A stretch of DNA of 64,000 bases from NCBI GenBank assembly GCA_040384705.1, contig JAZKIU010000001.1, forward strand, positions 153,907 to 217,906, given 5' to 3'. This document shows, in pieces, positions 17,776 through 28,336 of this stretch. A program made the translations under genes and the position numbers. This DNA comes from Patescibacteria group bacterium. GTDB lineage: Bacteria > Patescibacteriota > Minisyncoccia > Phycocordibacterales > Phycocordibacteraceae. Each line of letters begins with the position of its first letter. Position 1 is the first letter of the stretch. Under the pieces are notes generated by a model. It did no database searches. It was not told the DNA's origin and worked only from the letters and a program-made list of their open reading frames with translations.

Positions 17776-19941
17776 CTACTCCGGATGCACGTGCGCCATG
17801 GCCTCAAGCGCGAGCTCCTTGAGCGCAGGATAGTCCGTAAGTTCTGGGTCTTCCCGAATGAGTCTTCCGGCTTCCGTTCGGGCAGCCTCCACCATCTTTA
17901 TATTCTTGAGCGCTTCCATCGCGATGTCCGACACGCCCCACTGGCGCGCTCCATACAGCTCCCCGGAACCACGCAGCGCGAGATCGTACTCAGCGAGCTC
18001 GAAACCGTTCTTCGCGGTAACGAGCGCTTTCAATCGCTCCTTCGTCTGGCCGCTGAACTTCTCCGGCAGCGCGAAGCAATACGCCTGATGCGTCGAGCGT
18101 ATGACGCGGCCGCGCAGCTGATGGAGCTGGGCGAGACCGAAGCGCTCCGCACCCTCTATAAGAATGACGGTCGCATTCGGCACGTTCACGCCGACTTCGA
18201 CGACGGAGGTCGCGACGAGTATCTGCATCTCGTTCTTCTCGAAGCGCTCCATCGCTTTCTCCTTCTCTATGGGCGTCATCTTGCTGTGGAGGATGTCTAT
18301 GGAAACACCAGGAAAGACTTCGTTCTTCAGGCGTTCCGCTTCCGCCTTAACGGACTTCGCCTGCATGGCGAGTTCTTTCGTCGGGTCCGGTTCATCGATG
18401 CGGGGGCAGATGACATATGCCTGGCGACCCGCTGCCAATTCGCTTCGCACGCGCTCATACGCCTTCTCCCGCGTCTTTATATCGAGTATCTCCGTTATGA
18501 CCGGCTTCCTTCCTGCAGGCATCTCATCGAGAAGCGAGATATCCAGGTCGCCATATATGGTGAGCGCGAGCGTGCGGGGGATAGGGGTCGCAGTCATGGA
18601 AAGGAGGTGCGGGGAGATGCCGTCTTTCTTCACGAGCTTCTGCCGATGCGCCTTACCGAAGCGATGCTGCTCATCGATGATGGCGTATGCGAGGTTCTGG
18701 AACTCGAGTGACTTGTACACGAGCGCATGCGTGCCGATGACGATGGGTATCTCGCCGTTCTTGACCCATTTGCTGAACTGCGCGCGCGATATCTTCGTGG
18801 ACTCTTCTTTACGCACCTTGCTCGGGAACTTGCGGCACTCGCTCCCGGTGATGAGGCCGATGGGGATAGGGTGGTCCTTGAAGTACGAAACGAAGGTGGA
18901 GAAGTGCTGCTTAGCGAGTATTTCGGTCGGGCACATATAGGCGACCTGGAGCGTGCCGCTCTTGCGTCCGGGCGGTCGCGACGTTGCGACCATGTACGCG
19001 GTGGCTGCTGCGACCGCGGTCTTACCGCTACCCACGTCACCCTCGAGCAAGCGACGCATCGGATGCGATTGCTCGAAGTCGAGCGCGACGCTCTCTATGG
19101 AGCGCGTCTGCGCTGCAGTCGGCGGGAATGGGAACGAGGCAATGAAATCGTTCAGTACGGTGCGGTCGGTCTCGACCGAAAGAGCTTTCTCTTTTACCGC
19201 TGAACTGCGCTCGCGCTGCATGCCGAGCTGTATCGCGAACACTTCCTCGAATGCGAAGCGCTTCCTTGCAGCCTGTGCGTCAGGAAGCTTGCGGGGAGCG
19301 TGCATCCATACGAGCGCGGTGGCGAGCGATGGAAGATTGTATCGCTCGAGTATGTCGGAAGGGATAGGGTCGGGTATCGTCTCGTGGAGCCTGCCCTCGA
19401 ACAATCGCTTCTGTGCGTGCAGGAACCATAGGGAGGAGACCCCTTTCGATTCAGGGTATATGGCATAGAGGGTGTTCTCCCCCTCGACGCTCGCTTCGGT
19501 GAAGAGCGTATCGTGCACGTCCTCGCTCGTAATGGGTGTCCTGTCTATCTCCGGGTTCGCGAGGTATCGCTTCGCGCCTTCGCCCGCTATCTTTCCGGTC
19601 GCTCGGATGACCATGCCGTCCTGAAGCGTCTTCGCGATATACGGCTGGTTGAACCACATCATCTTGATGCGGCCCGACGCGTCCTCGAGCCACGCCTCCG
19701 CTATCGGCCTGCGGCTCTTCCATGCCTTACGGGTCTCCGGTTTCCTGACCGTTCCATAGAGCGTGACATCGGCGCCTGGAGTGGCTCCCGCTATGGTGCC
19801 GGTGGGTCCTGCCGCTTCGTAGCGGGCGGGGAAGTGGTAGAGGAGATCGCGCACGGTCGCAAGACCTAGCTTCGCAAGCGCCTTCTTCTGGTCGGGCTTC
19901 AGGCGAGTGAAATGCTTCTCGATAAGGTCCTCCGGTTGCAT
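17776..19941 (-). CDS. recG: ATP-dependent DNA helicase RecG (start at MQPED; an in-frame ATG at 20001 would leave only 27 nt to the divergent gene)
   Basis: Wedge domain, Walker A GDVGSGKT, DEQH box, helicase C motifs. Confidence 0.85.
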   Translation of the reverse strand: MQPEDLIEKHFTRLKPDQKKALAKLGLATVRDLLYHFPARYEAAGPTGTIAGATPGADVTLYGTVRKPETRKAWKSRRPIAEAWLEDASGRIKMMWFNQPYIAKTLQDGMVIRATGKIAGEGAKRYLANPEIDRTPITSEDVHDTLFTEASVEGENTLYAIYPESKGVSSLWFLHAQKRLFEGRLHETIPDPIPSDILERYNLPSLATALVWMHAPRKLPDAQAARKRFAFEEVFAIQLGMQRERSSAVKEKALSVETDRTVLNDFIASFPFPPTAAQTRSIESVALDFEQSHPMRRLLEGDVGSGKTAVAAATAYMVATSRPPGRKSGTLQVAYMCPTEILAKQHFSTFVSYFKDHPIPIGLITGSECRKFPSKVRKEESTKISRAQFSKWVKNGEIPIVIGTHALVYKSLEFQNLAYAIIDEQHRFGKAHRQKLVKKDGISPHLLSMTATPIPRTLALTIYGDLDISLLDEMPAGRKPVITEILDIKTREKAYERVRSELAAGRQAYVICPRIDEPDPTKELAMQAKSVKAEAERLKNEVFPGVSIDILHSKMTPIEKEKAMERFEKNEMQILVATSVVEVGVNVPNATVILIEGAERFGLAQLHQLRGRVIRSTHQAYCFALPEKFSGQTKERLKALVTAKNGFELAEYDLALRGSGELYGARQWGVSDIAMEALKNIKMVEAARTEAGRLIREDPELTDYPALKELALEAMAHVHPE

Positions 19942-20028
19942 AGGGGAAGTATACGATTTTCGATGTCCGCGCGCCTTCATGAAAGAACATGCATTCTTCA
20001 TCGTCTATTGAGGTATAGTCTCTTATAT

Positions 20029-21642
20029 ATGTTCCGCTACTCACGTCACTGGTCCATCGTCATCGCGGTCGCGCTCATCGTTTCGTTCCTGTTCGCGTTC
20101 CCAACCGCGTTCATACAAGCAGCGACCAAGACGAAGCTTGCGTCGAGCGAGGCGCCTATGTCAGCTGAACTGAAAGCCGCGTACCAGGAAGCTGCGGCGG
20201 GAGGCGACAAAGTCCGCATCCTCATCGTGCCGGGGCACGAGCCGACCTATGGCGGCGCGCAGTACGCTGGATACTATGAGCGCGAGCTTGCCGTCGCGCT
20301 CTCGGAGAAGCTCGCCACCGAGTTACGCGCGGACCCTAACCTCGAAGTCCTCGTCGCACGCGACATGACCGGTTGGAACGATGACCTCGCATCGTACTTC
20401 AAACGGAACATGAAGACGATAAAGAAATTCGTCGAGACGCATAAGAAGGAGATGAAGAAGCTGCTCAAGCGCGGGAAAGTGGAAGAGAACGAAGAGCAGG
20501 CAGGGCACAACGTTGCGCCGGGCGACGTTGCATACCGCCTCTATGGAATCACGAAGTGGTCGAACGAGAACGATGTCGACCTTATGATCCATGTGCACCT
20601 CAACGATGCAGGCGACCGAACTGCTGATGGCGCAGGGAAGTACACTGGCCTCGCTATATACGTGCCGGACAGTCAGTTCGGGAATGGAGATGTATCGAAG
20701 GACGTCGCGGAGGACGTGTTCGACAAGGTAACGAAGCTCACCGCGAAGTCCACGCTCCCTATCGAGGACAAGGGTGTCGTCGAGGACCAGGAACTCATCG
20801 CGCTCGGCGCGAACAGCACCTCAGCCGTCGCGAGCATCCTCATCGAGTACGGTTATATATACGAACCGAAGTTCATCGATGAGAACATCCGCAACACCGT
20901 CTTCACCGATTACGCGCTCCAGACCGCGCGCGGCGTACGCGACTTCTTCGGGGGAGATGCGTCCGGCAAATACGAGACGAAGGCGCTCCCGTATACCTGG
21001 ACGACTGATCTCGTGGCAATGCTCGACCCGCAGCCCTATGCGCTTGCAACCACCGGACAGACGGCGACAAGCACCGCCTTGAAACCCGCACCCGTTTCAA
21101 ATATCGCTATCTACGCGCTCCAGCACGCTCTCAAGGCCGAAGGGTACTATCCAGCTGCTCCATCGACGCTCATAAACTGCCCGCTCGACGGACGGATGGG
21201 TGAATGCGTAACGGATGCGCTTAAGGCGTTCCAGAAGGCGCGAAGCATCAAGGAGAGTGGCACGCTCGACGCGGCGACGCGCAACCTGCTCAATGCGCGG
21301 TATAGTCTGGTGCCGGTCATAGCAACGGACCCGGTCACGCTCGTACCCGCGCCAGTAGTAGCATCTACTCCGGTCTCAGGCTCCTGTGCAGCATTCACGG
21401 GTTCCCTTGAGCTCGATAGCACGGACGCGAAGACCAACGGGCAAGTGACGCGTCTCCAGAAGATGCTCGCGCAGGACAAGAGCGTCTATCCCGAAGGGAA
21501 GGTGACCGGGTTCTTCGGGCCAGCTACGGATAAGGCGGTGAAGGCATTCCAGGTGAAGAACAAGATAGCTGCAGCCGGTAGCGCAGGCTATGGCATCGTG
21601 GGCCCCGCGACCGGGAAAGCGCTTCTCGCAGTGTGTAAATAA
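20029..21642 (+). CDS. N-acetylmuramoyl-L-alanine amidase (Amidase_3) with two C-terminal peptidoglycan-binding (PG_binding_1) domains
   Basis: N-terminal TM/signal, Amidase_3-like ILIVPGHE...DLMIHVHLN core; two ~60-aa PGBD repeats (ALQHALKAEGYY..., LQKMLAQDKSVYPEGKVTGFFGPAT...). Confidence 0.7.
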   Translation: MFRYSRHWSIVIAVALIVSFLFAFPTAFIQAATKTKLASSEAPMSAELKAAYQEAAAGGDKVRILIVPGHEPTYGGAQYAGYYERELAVALSEKLATELRADPNLEVLVARDMTGWNDDLASYFKRNMKTIKKFVETHKKEMKKLLKRGKVEENEEQAGHNVAPGDVAYRLYGITKWSNENDVDLMIHVHLNDAGDRTADGAGKYTGLAIYVPDSQFGNGDVSKDVAEDVFDKVTKLTAKSTLPIEDKGVVEDQELIALGANSTSAVASILIEYGYIYEPKFIDENIRNTVFTDYALQTARGVRDFFGGDASGKYETKALPYTWTTDLVAMLDPQPYALATTGQTATSTALKPAPVSNIAIYALQHALKAEGYYPAAPSTLINCPLDGRMGECVTDALKAFQKARSIKESGTLDAATRNLLNARYSLVPVIATDPVTLVPAPVVASTPVSGSCAAFTGSLELDSTDAKTNGQVTRLQKMLAQDKSVYPEGKVTGFFGPATDKAVKAFQVKNKIAAAGSAGYGIVGPATGKALLAVCK

Positions 21643-21719
21643 GCTTTAGGGAGTACGGCCTCGCATCCACAGTGGTGCGAGGCCGCTTTCTTTATATACT
21701 TACGCTCTAACTCCTTCTC

Positions 21720-22865
21720 ATGGCTAAGACACCGAAACAGGTAGTGGACGCGTTCAAGAAGACCGGAGCTCGTGTTGAGACGAAGGGCCGTGTGAAGATG
21801 AAAACAAAGGACGACTTCGCTCTCTACTACACCCCGGGCGTGGGCGCCGCATCGCTTCATCTTGCGAAGCATCCGAAGGACACACGACTCATGTCGGTGA
21901 AGAAGAACTCCGTCGCGGTCATCTCCGACGGGTCAGCGGTGCTCGGTCTCGGTAACATCGGTCCGTACGGCGCGCTCCCGGTCATGGAAGGGAAAGCGCT
22001 CATCTTCCGCGAGCTCGCCGGCATCGACGCCTGGCCCATCGTGCTCGATACGCAGGACCCCGATGAGATAGTGCGGGTAATCAAAGCGATAGCGCCGGGG
22101 TGGGGCGGCATCAATCTCGAGGACTTCAAAGCTCCCGAATGCTTCGATATCGAGAAGCGGCTCATCGAAGCGCTCGACATACCCGTCATGCATGACGACC
22201 AGCACGGAACTGCTATCGTGGTGCTCGCCGGTCTCATCAATGCGATGCAAGTGGTGGGAAAGAAGTGGAACGGCGCGCGGATAACAATAAGCGGAGTAGG
22301 GGCGGCAGGTGTCGCTATCATACGGCTCCTCAAGCTGTATCAGCCTAAGGTGAATATCCTTGCAGTCGATAGCCGCGGCATCATAGGGAAAAGACGGAAG
22401 GATTTGAATGCGACCAAGCAAGCGCTTATCGACGAAGGCCTTATCTTTGCGGACGAAGAGGGGGATCTCCGCAAGGCGCTCATCGAGTCCGATGTATTCA
22501 TCGGCGTATCGGGCCCTAGCCTTCTCAAGGCCGAAGACGTGAAGTTTATGAACGAGAAGGCTATCGTGTTCGCGCTCTCGAACCCGATGCCTGAAATTCT
22601 TCCCGAAGAAGCGAAGAAGGGTGGGGCTATGGTCATCGCGACCGGACGCTCGGACTTCCCGAACCAGATAAACAACGCACTCGTGTTCCCAGGAGTATTC
22701 CGGGGAGCGCTTGATAAAGGAGTGACGCGGATTACGGACGCATCGAAGCTCCGCGCGGCGAAGGCACTTGCGGCACTCGTCGCGAAGCCTACTCCGGCTA
22801 AGATAATCCCCGACATCCTCGACAAGCGGGTAGTTAAGGCAGTTGCAGGAGCCGTTCGGAAGTAG
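21720..22865 (+). CDS. NAD(P)-dependent malic enzyme (short form)
   Basis: YTPGVG, VAVISDGSAVLGLGNIG, PVMEGKA, GGINLEDFKAPECF motifs. Confidence 0.85.
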   Translation: MAKTPKQVVDAFKKTGARVETKGRVKMKTKDDFALYYTPGVGAASLHLAKHPKDTRLMSVKKNSVAVISDGSAVLGLGNIGPYGALPVMEGKALIFRELAGIDAWPIVLDTQDPDEIVRVIKAIAPGWGGINLEDFKAPECFDIEKRLIEALDIPVMHDDQHGTAIVVLAGLINAMQVVGKKWNGARITISGVGAAGVAIIRLLKLYQPKVNILAVDSRGIIGKRRKDLNATKQALIDEGLIFADEEGDLRKALIESDVFIGVSGPSLLKAEDVKFMNEKAIVFALSNPMPEILPEEAKKGGAMVIATGRSDFPNQINNALVFPGVFRGALDKGVTRITDASKLRAAKALAALVAKPTPAKIIPDILDKRVVKAVAGAVRK

Positions 22866-22880
22866 CGCTATACTGAGTGC

Positions 22881-23321
22881 GTGAAAAAACACCGAACCAA
22901 GAAAAGTCAGCGAGGGGGTGTCTACCCATTCCTTATCACGCTCCCGGACAGGTTCTACCCGTTCCGGAACGAGATAAAGGGAGAATGGGTACGAGGCAAG
23001 CGCTCGTACGACTTAGCGCTCGCTCGGGCGCGTCGCAGGCTCGGTCCCGGCCATTTCGGGTACCAGGTGCTCGCGTATAGGCAGGCATGCCATTTGCTTG
23101 GGGCAGTGGTCCTCATAATCTTCGCGACCCTCGTTGCGAAAGACCTGTTCGGAAGCGATATGGCTCTCTACTTGCTGCTCGCGCTCGCGGTGCTCTTCAT
23201 CTCGTTCCAGGAGTTCTATCTCCATCCTAAGTACTATGGCCAGCTCTGGCGCAAAAGTGTCGCTGACTGGGCAGTGTGGGTCGCGCCTATCGCGCTCTTC
23301 CTCTTCTTGAGCCTCTCTTAG
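22881..23321 (+). CDS. Hypothetical membrane protein (146 aa)
   Basis: Basic N-terminus then 3 TM helices; convergent stop overlap with NUDIX gene. Confidence 0.4.
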   Translation: MKKHRTKKSQRGGVYPFLITLPDRFYPFRNEIKGEWVRGKRSYDLALARARRRLGPGHFGYQVLAYRQACHLLGAVVLIIFATLVAKDLFGSDMALYLLLALAVLFISFQEFYLHPKYYGQLWRKSVADWAVWVAPIALFLFLSLS

Positions 23322-23758
23322 TCGCGCTGTATCGCCTCGCGTACGCGTGGCGCGACCGTTGCGAGCCATGCTCTATCCTTGAGGTAGGTGATGTGATCTG
23401 CTAGTTCGCGGAACGGTACCCATTTAGCATCTTTCATCTCCATGGTGGGGGCGAGCGGTGCGTGTGGCACCGCAGCGAACAGGAACATTTTGATGACCTT
23501 TGTCTCCCCAGGATCATCAGAACCGTCAGGGAGTATGTGCGGACGTTCAAATTCGCCCAGGTCGTCTATGTACTCGAGGTCAGTTAGTCCCGCCTCTTCC
23601 AATATCTCGCGCCGTGCCGCTTGCTCATCGGTCTCCCCCTCGTCCACGTGACCTTTGGGGAAGGTCCAGAATCCGCTACTACGGCTTTGCACGAGTGCCA
23701 CCGTCCCACCATCCCCAAGGACGATACCGCCGGCTGACCGCGTACGAGTAATTTCCAT
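23318..23758 (-). CDS. NUDIX hydrolase
   Basis: Nudix box GHVDEGETDEQAARREILEEAGL. Confidence 0.8.
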   Translation of the reverse strand: MEITRTRSAGGIVLGDGGTVALVQSRSSGFWTFPKGHVDEGETDEQAARREILEEAGLTDLEYIDDLGEFERPHILPDGSDDPGETKVIKMFLFAAVPHAPLAPTMEMKDAKWVPFRELADHITYLKDRAWLATVAPRVREAIQRD

Positions 23759-23761
23759 ACC

Positions 23762-24124
23762 TTACTTGTACGTCACCTCCCGTGAACGTTTCCGGTAATG
23801 GAGTGCCGAGAGGGCTGCTGCTGCGAACGCGATGGAGATATCGCGGAAGAGAATGTCGAACTGGTTCACGTTGAACGCGACGATGGCGAGTAGCACGACC
23901 GCAGCGATGCCGCTCGGTATCCAGATACGCCTTCCGAACAGTATCCAGAGCGCGATGAGGATCTCGAACGCACCGAAGATGTGGAGCAGTACGATGGACG
24001 ACGGCATGAACGCAGGGAAATAGCCGAGCCACGAGTCGGGGTCGATAAGGGCTGCTACCGGGGGATAGGCGAAGGAGAATGCTACCGCCACGCGGAGCAG
24101 GAGTTCAGGAAGGGGTACGCGCAT
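23762..24124 (-). CDS. DoxX-like family membrane protein
   Basis: ~120 aa, 4 TM helices typical of DoxX. Confidence 0.5.
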   Translation of the reverse strand: MRVPLPELLLRVAVAFSFAYPPVAALIDPDSWLGYFPAFMPSSIVLLHIFGAFEILIALWILFGRRIWIPSGIAAVVLLAIVAFNVNQFDILFRDISIAFAAAALSALHYRKRSREVTYK

Positions 24125-24134
24125 ACCGTAGATA

Positions 24135-24602
24135 CTACTCTACGACGACGGTACCGCCATCGTCCGAACGGGCATGATTGTGGTAGTCGAACGAGCCTGC
24201 CTTGGTGAACGTAAAGCTCCAGGAGGTGCCGTTCCCGCTCCGTGCGCACTGGTCGAACGAGGTGTTCACCGCTGCCGCGCAGTGCTCGCTCCTTGAGGTG
24301 CCGTCATAGTTCGTGTGCGTCGGATGCTCGTCCGCACCGACCCACATATCGCTCGAGGATTGGTTCATGAACCGGACCGTGTCCCCGACATTGATGCTCG
24401 CGGTCGCTGGGCTGAACCCTTGGTCCGTGTACGTCACAACTACCGTTTTAGCGGGGCTTGGCACATTAGTGTCGGTGGTCGTAGCGGTAGTCACTACGTC
24501 TGTTGTGTCAGCTACGTCAGATGTCGTACGACCGAACGCGAACCATGCACCGACAAGGACGATGACGATTATAAGAAGCACCCAAAGGATTCTCGTATTC
24601 AT
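24135..24602 (-). CDS. Secreted/membrane-anchored protein with possible cupredoxin-like fold
   Basis: N-terminal TM, Thr-rich linker, beta-rich domain with NVGDTVRF and YHNH motifs; assignment tentative. Confidence 0.4.
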   Translation of the reverse strand: MNTRILWVLLIIVIVLVGAWFAFGRTTSDVADTTDVVTTATTTDTNVPSPAKTVVVTYTDQGFSPATASINVGDTVRFMNQSSSDMWVGADEHPTHTNYDGTSRSEHCAAAVNTSFDQCARSGNGTSWSFTFTKAGSFDYHNHARSDDGGTVVVE

Positions 24603-24865
24603 AAACTGGGACTACGTGAAGGATAATCGTGTGTTGGATTCCATACCCGCCCCATCGTCGTTAGGTAACGAGAGGAGGGAAGTGTATCCACGTAGGGCGG
24701 GGTGCGGGGGTGCTGAGGCGCGGAAGCTGTATGCCGAGCAATCGCTCGAAACGGGCGATTGGATCGGTACGCGACGGCGTGCGGGATAGGCGTCCTTCGA
24801 TGCTTATACGGCTGGTTTTCTTCATGCCCGCATCCTATGCGGTTGCGCATGAGCGCTTCGTGAAG

Positions 24866-25726
24866 CTATCGAGGAAATATATGCGTGAGTTCCTCCGAAC
24901 GATAGAACTCGCCGCCGAGCACGCCGAACGGATACGCTCGTCCACCTACTTGTATGGAAGCTCCTGCGGCCACGGGTGCCGGGTTAGGGTTCGAGCGCTC
25001 GAACCCGATGTTGAAGAGGGTGATGGCGATAGCGGGCGTGAGCTCATTCCTGAAGCCGGCACGTTCCCATTGCGATTCGATCTCCTTTATATAGAGCGCG
25101 GTGTAGAGATAGGAGTAGTAATGGTCCTTCGCATCAGTGAGTCGCTTGTAGAGTTCGGCATCGGTGTTCGTGCCTTTCGGATACTCGATGAGCGATGCGT
25201 ACTTAGCGCCCGGATAGAACGGGGAAGCGGCATCGAGCGCGTGGTGCTCTATCTCCCTCGCCGTCTCCTGCTTTATGCCGGAAACGCCGAGCGAGAACTG
25301 GGAGAGAGAGCCGAGTATCTTGAGCGGCTCGAAGTACCGCTTGAATACCTCACGTTCGGAGGTGAAGAAGCGGAGCTGCTCGGGGATGACCGCGGCTGCG
25401 ATGAGGCGGGCGTCCACATCGGTTTCCTTCGCCACTCGCTCGATGATGAGGGCATCCTTCTCGAGTCCGCCGGCCACGACCACCCACTCCGGCGTCTCGC
25501 TCCAGTCGCACTCATTCTTCGTGGCATCGACGCAGGGCTGGGCTAGGGCCGCAGGACTAACCGGTGCGCTCGCTGCGTTCGCGAAGAACTGGTTCCGTTC
25601 GAGTATGGAGCCGCGCACATTCAATAGGCCGAACTGCATGGCGATGAACACCGCGGTGAACGCGAGTCCGACGAGGGCGAACAGCCCTATGAGTATGAAT
25701 ATGGTTCTCCTAACCCAGCTTTTCAT
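24866..25726 (-). CDS. Hypothetical membrane-anchored protein (286 aa)
   Basis: N-terminal TM helix, long ORF; no recognised domain. Confidence 0.45.
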   Translation of the reverse strand: MKSWVRRTIFILIGLFALVGLAFTAVFIAMQFGLLNVRGSILERNQFFANAASAPVSPAALAQPCVDATKNECDWSETPEWVVVAGGLEKDALIIERVAKETDVDARLIAAAVIPEQLRFFTSEREVFKRYFEPLKILGSLSQFSLGVSGIKQETAREIEHHALDAASPFYPGAKYASLIEYPKGTNTDAELYKRLTDAKDHYYSYLYTALYIKEIESQWERAGFRNELTPAIAITLFNIGFERSNPNPAPVAAGASIQVGGRAYPFGVLGGEFYRSEELTHIFPR

Positions 25727-25763
25727 GGTGTTTGTGATAACGCTCTACGGAAGTAAAAACGTT

Positions 25764-25850
25764 GCGGAGACGGAGGGATTCGAACCCTCGAGGGACGTTA
25801 ATCCCTGCCTCGTTAGCAGTGAGGTACTTTCGACCACTCAGCCACGTCTC
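25764..25850 (-). tRNA. tRNA-Ser (anticodon GCT), type II with long variable arm
   Basis: Acceptor GGAGACG/CGTCTCC, anticodon loop CTGCTAA, long variable stem GGGAT..GTCCC, T-arm GAGGG-TTCGAAT-CCCTC, discriminator G. Confidence 0.75.
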
Positions 25851-25903
25851 CAATGCGGTGCTGTATCAAATTATCATTTCGCGTACGATTGCGCCAAGCG
25901 AGC

Positions 25904-26560
25904 TCATCCTGCGAGCGCGAGCGGGTAGACGTGCTGGGCACCTGCTTCATGCAGAGCCCGCACCGCATCACGGAATGTGGCGCCGGTGGTCGTAACGTCG
26001 TCCACCACTATATAGGTGCAGGACGAATCGACCGTATCTGCCGAGAACGCCTGTTCCAGGTTCTTCGCTCGTTCCTGCTTACTGAGCGTCGTCTGCGGCT
26101 CAGTATCGCGCCTCCGTTTGAGAATCGTCTCGAAGGGAGGGGGGTTCCCCATGGATGCGATGGCAGCTGTACACATTGCCTCGACCTGGTTGTGTCCACG
26201 CTCTCGCAGGCGTGCCGCTCCAAGCGGTATAGGTACGAGCACGATACGCTGCTCGGAGAATGCCTGTATCTCCCGCAGGAAGTCGGAGAGATAATCCCCG
26301 AGGGCAGCGCCGAGCAGCGACTGCGCATTTTGGTCTCCATGGTACTTCGCCTCGATGATGAGCGCCTGGACGAGAGGGTGCCGGTAAGGCAGTAGGGCCG
26401 CACCCTCATATCCCGCTATGGAACGTGCTTCGGGCGACACGAGCGGAGCGATAGAAGCGAATGAGGCATCGCGCACAACCTTCGCCGTCGGGCGCGGAGG
26501 GAAGAGGAGGTCGAGCAATCGCGACAGGATGCGCATACCTGCATGATACAATCGCCCCAT
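25904..26560 (-). CDS. comF: ComF family protein (phosphoribosyltransferase-like, competence-associated)
   Basis: PRTase motif YIVVDDVTTTGAT at C-terminus; start at MGRLY overlapping pilM start by 2 nt (CCCCATGAGC); upstream in-frame extension to 26965 rejected. Confidence 0.65.
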   Translation of the reverse strand: MGRLYHAGMRILSRLLDLLFPPRPTAKVVRDASFASIAPLVSPEARSIAGYEGAALLPYRHPLVQALIIEAKYHGDQNAQSLLGAALGDYLSDFLREIQAFSEQRIVLVPIPLGAARLRERGHNQVEAMCTAAIASMGNPPPFETILKRRRDTEPQTTLSKQERAKNLEQAFSADTVDSSCTYIVVDDVTTTGATFRDAVRALHEAGAQHVYPLALAG

Positions 26561-27665
26561 GAGCTTTCTTTCGAAGCTGTTCGCAAGCACGAAGAAGAGC
26601 AAGAGCGTTATCGGCATCGACGTCGGCTCTTCATCGCTGAAAGTGGTCCAGCTCCGCCGCGAGGGTGGCACTGCCGTGCTTGAAACATATGGCGAGCTCG
26701 CGCTCGGCCCGTATTCGGGCGGCGAGGTAGGAACCGCGACGAACCTTCCTGCGGCGAAGATAACGGAATCGCTCAAGGACCTCCTTCGCGAGGCGAATGT
26801 CACGACGAACGAGGCCGGTGTTTCCATACCGTTCTCCCGCTCCCTGCTTACGCTCGTGACGCTCCCGTATAGGGAGAATGCGGACGAACAGAAGACCATC
26901 ATCGAGCTCGAGGCGAGGAAGTATATCCCTGTGCCTGTTTCAGAAGTGCAGCTCGATTGGTTCATCCTCCCGCAGCCGATACCCGAGGGAGGTACCGAAG
27001 CGCAGAAGGAGGCACCGCAGAAAGTCGATGTGCTCCTCGTTGCGGTGCATAACGATGAGCTGAAGCTGCTCGAGCAGGTGGTGACCGGCGCCGAGCTCCA
27101 AGCGACGTTCTATGAGATAGAGATATTCAGCACTATCCGCTCCGTCGTGGATGAGCCGGTGAAGCCGGTGCTCGTGCTCGATATCGGCGCGTCCGCGACC
27201 AAGGTCTATGTCGTCGAGCATGGCGTCGTGGCGCTTTCGCACAATATACCGAAAGGCGGCCAGGACGTAACGCGCACCATCGCGACGGCGCACAGCATGA
27301 CCATACAGAAGGCGGAGATCCTCAAGAAGGAGCATGGGTTCAAGGCTGCGGGCGCATCGTCCTACGATCGCAGTACCATAGAGCTCGTGTTCTCCCGCAT
27401 CTTCGAGGAAGCGAAGCGCGCCATGATGCAGTACGAGGCGGGGGAGAGCAAGGCCATCTCGACGCTCATACTCACGGGTGGGGGCGGCGTGACCAAGGAG
27501 CTCGGTGCGTACGCGAAATCGTTCTTCTCACTCGATGTGCAGGTCGCCGACCCGTTCAGCAAGACGCAGACACCCGCGTTCATGCAGCCGGTGCTCAAAG
27601 AAATAGGGCCGGAGTTCGCGGTGGCCGTCGGGCTCGCGCTCCGCAAGCTCGAGGAGCTTGAGTAG
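26559..27665 (+). CDS. pilM: Type IV pilus assembly protein PilM (actin-like ATPase)
   Basis: VIGIDVGSSSLKVVQL N-terminus, actin/FtsA-like fold. Confidence 0.85.
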   Translation: MSFLSKLFASTKKSKSVIGIDVGSSSLKVVQLRREGGTAVLETYGELALGPYSGGEVGTATNLPAAKITESLKDLLREANVTTNEAGVSIPFSRSLLTLVTLPYRENADEQKTIIELEARKYIPVPVSEVQLDWFILPQPIPEGGTEAQKEAPQKVDVLLVAVHNDELKLLEQVVTGAELQATFYEIEIFSTIRSVVDEPVKPVLVLDIGASATKVYVVEHGVVALSHNIPKGGQDVTRTIATAHSMTIQKAEILKKEHGFKAAGASSYDRSTIELVFSRIFEEAKRAMMQYEAGESKAISTLILTGGGGVTKELGAYAKSFFSLDVQVADPFSKTQTPAFMQPVLKEIGPEFAVAVGLALRKLEELE

Positions 27666-27717
27666 CGGTGTGTATAAAGGCACTCATTCCATTATTTGAC
27701 CGCGTATACTGAACATC

Positions 27718-28332
27718 GTGGCACTACCTCCTACCGTACCTACCTCGTTCGTGCCGAAACAGCCCGTCGCGACCACGCGCCGCGCTCGCTCCGGCGTGAA
27801 CGTATTCATGCTCGTCGCGATGATAGTCGCAGGGCTCGCGCTCCTGGCTTCCGCCGGCATATTCGGTTATCTCAAGTTCCTCGAGTCCGCGCGCGATGCT
27901 AAGGCGGAACAGCTGCGTGAGGCGGAAGCGAGCATCAGCCGGGCCACCGTCGAGGAATTCCTCAGGCTCCGTAACCGCTTCTCCTCGACCGGCATGCTCC
28001 TCGATCAGCATGTCGCGCTCTCGCAGTACTTCGATGTGCTCGAGACGCTCACGCTGCAGAGCGTTACCTTCGACTCGCTCAAGATAGCGACGAAGGAAGA
28101 CAGGACCGCGACCCTGGAGATGACGGGTAGCGCACGCAATTTCAACGCGCTCGCTGCGCAGTCCTCCGCGTTCGCGGCCGAGAAGCGCATAAAGCGGGCC
28201 ATCTTCTCCGGCATCTCTACGCAGGAGAAGGGATTGATCGATTTCACGCTATCGGCTGAGCTCGACCCGTCCGTACTTATATGGAGAGGTCCGGTCGCGC
28301 CACCGGTCGAAACCGTGCCTACGCAACCATAA
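27718..28332 (+). CDS. pilN: PilN-like pilus assembly protein
   Basis: Single N-terminal TM, coiled-coil, position after pilM. Confidence 0.6.
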   Translation: MALPPTVPTSFVPKQPVATTRRARSGVNVFMLVAMIVAGLALLASAGIFGYLKFLESARDAKAEQLREAEASISRATVEEFLRLRNRFSSTGMLLDQHVALSQYFDVLETLTLQSVTFDSLKIATKEDRTATLEMTGSARNFNALAAQSSAFAAEKRIKRAIFSGISTQEKGLIDFTLSAELDPSVLIWRGPVAPPVETVPTQP

Positions 28333-28336
28333 TCTT

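Noticed and set aside
24135-24602. Calling the secreted beta-rich protein a blue-copper cupredoxin
   Set aside because: Ligand pattern (His...Cys...His...Met) not convincingly present. Left as cupredoxin-like fold only.
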